The position numbers and the translations under genes were made by a program. From contig CP110439.1 of the NCBI GenBank assembly GCA_026914245.1, positions 3,224,001-3,288,000 on the forward strand: a stretch of DNA of 64,000 bases. Reading direction: 5' to 3'. Below, piece after piece: positions 62,205 to 64,000 of this stretch. The notes under the pieces are model-generated. The model saw only the letters and a list, made by a program, of their open reading frames with translations, was not told the origin of the DNA and made no database searches. Positions within the stretch are counted from its first letter, which is position 1, and the number at the start of each line of letters is the position of its first letter. This DNA is from Puccinia triticina. Its lineage: Eukaryota.

Positions 62205-64000
62205 GTTGCAACGCGCAATGAACGTTTTCTGGACGACACTATCGAAGTTGAGTTCCACGGGGTTATTTCAAGAAAACTGTCCAGAGGTAGGTATGGGAGG
62301 CCAGAAACCTAAGGTCAATCGCGGCGCTGTCAAAAACCGGTTTGCAACCACGAACTTTCTCGGACCGATACTTTCAGGTTAGACGATGATAGAATATCTG
62401 GATAAGGTGGACCGACTGCGGAAGGAAGTTGTTCTAACTTCTGGACAATGGATGTTTAGCTGCGGGCCAGTGTGGCAAGGAAAAACGGAATCGAACTACA
62501 TGCAAACAGGGAAGAGAATCTTACGTGGAAGTCCCACACAACGAGAAAAGTCTGTTTGTATAGCTAACCACAGGCACGCTGAGTATGTAGGGATAAATAC
62601 ACGTTTGCACGTCGATCAAGATTCAACCCTAATAACCAGGCAGGGGACCACGTGAAGAGCTGCACAACATGTAAACAATGAGCCAGTGATCATTCTTGAT
62701 GGCCTCCCTCGGCTCGATCGGTCGGATAATGTTGAACAAATATGTAGCAGTAGTCTGCAGTAGTTCGTGAATGGAACACTATGGATTACACTGCTTCGTG
62801 GATCACGGGGAACGACCATGTTTATGAACATCGAAAAAGAATTGGAGTGCTGCTATGTGGATGCCGAATTCGGGGACTCTTGAGTCTTTAGTTAGCTCCG
62901 GCAAGCTGGGTCCGATTATGTACAGAGCCCCAGATCCCATCGCACATCAACCCTCCCAGGGTATCTGGAACATATTCTTAACACGGCCGTTGATGTCAAC
63001 AACAGGCGGATTCTCTACACGTGCGCTGCACTGGAATTGGCTGGAGTATTGATGTCATGAAAAGGGCCGCTAGAATCAGGTGTCACCCCTTGTCAGCCCC
63101 ATGAGCCCATGCTACGGTCGAGGGAGTTTGCCACGGATTATGATCAGCATCGGCTTGCACGATCTTTGGACTGTAGGTGCGAGATGATCCGCTAGAAGCC
63201 ATTTCCATTAGAGCGGGGCGCCGATAGGGGTCGATCCAACTTGTGCAGCGCAAGTCCCGATCCCCTACCGGTATACGGGAGCGGAAAGGGCTGATATAGT
63301 TCGGGTTCCTGGCTGGAGAGGCCTGCGCCGATCGGAGGGCCTTTTCGTATTTCTTTCAGGAGATCTTCTTCAAAGCTCAATCCGACTGAATGGGTCAGAG
63401 TTACTCAGTTAGCAGAAAACAAACAACCGCTAACAGTTTTAAGCGAAGCGGAGTTTTCGATTGAAATAAGGCTGAATTTTAGTGTAATAGAAGCTAAACA
63501 GAACTATTTTCAGGGGGCATATTTCTATCTCAAGCTGGCACATATTTATGTCAAGAAAGCTGTGAGGGATGGATTGGAATGTTCTCAGTTGGACAAGCCC
63601 CCGTAACCCCACAGGTTGATTTGGTTTTTTCTAACTGTGCAATGGCTTGGCGATGGAGCCAGTTGAATTTTTCTGCATGCAGGACCATATTCAGGTGCCA
63701 CAGCAACAGCGGTCCAGGTCCTGGACTCCATCACCCAACCTGCAATGCAAAAGGGGGGTTTGACCAATTTCCTGAATGTTAGTGTTTCTGCAATCTGGTC
63801 CTGCATCCAGGAAAATTCATGCTTGAAACCCCCCTAATCCTGTGTTCAAAGCTGATGTGCATAATTAATGAGAAAATCATAAATGTGTATTCTGTGGGAA
63901 GCCTGCAGAGTTGACGGGATTCTCTGCCAGCAAGTGTTAAGATCAAAACATGCATGCAGCCATGCTGGAACAAATCAGACTCAAGCCAGCCAGCTAGGGA

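Noticed and set aside
1..64000. Prokaryotic systems (CRISPR, operons) and the many short antisense ORFs
   Set aside because: The sequence is eukaryotic with spliceosomal introns; the short overlapping ORFs are shadows of real genes or TEs.

Overview
Eukaryotic, intron-rich fungal DNA. Gene style and TE content suggest a basidiomycete rust fungus (Pucciniales); that assignment is inference. Recognisable host genes: an RGS/Rax1-like membrane protein, a class I SAM methyltransferase, REX4, a PCD1/NUDT7-like Nudix hydrolase, an integrase-HHCC-derived gene, LCB2, an MFS transporter, CNS1/TTC4, NUP2/NUP50, an SDR and tRNA-Glu(TTC). Several small secreted-protein candidates were reconstructed from splice sites. 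A TE-dense block at about 9.8-38.6 kb holds two full-length but decayed Ty1/copia elements, a 596-bp TRIM, a nested solo LTR and several MITEs. Most notable: (1) all three LTR elements have primer-binding sites matching a tRNA anticodon arm (half-tRNA priming), two for tRNA-iMet and one apparently for spliced tRNA-Tyr; (2) the ~0.8-kb LTR of the second copia has up to five host-like introns, splicing of the first three would extend Pol in frame by ~77 aa, and the first donor sits inside a hairpin; (3) an intact-looking SDR has lost both catalytic residues. All gene models were read by eye, so exon boundaries are approximate unless stated.
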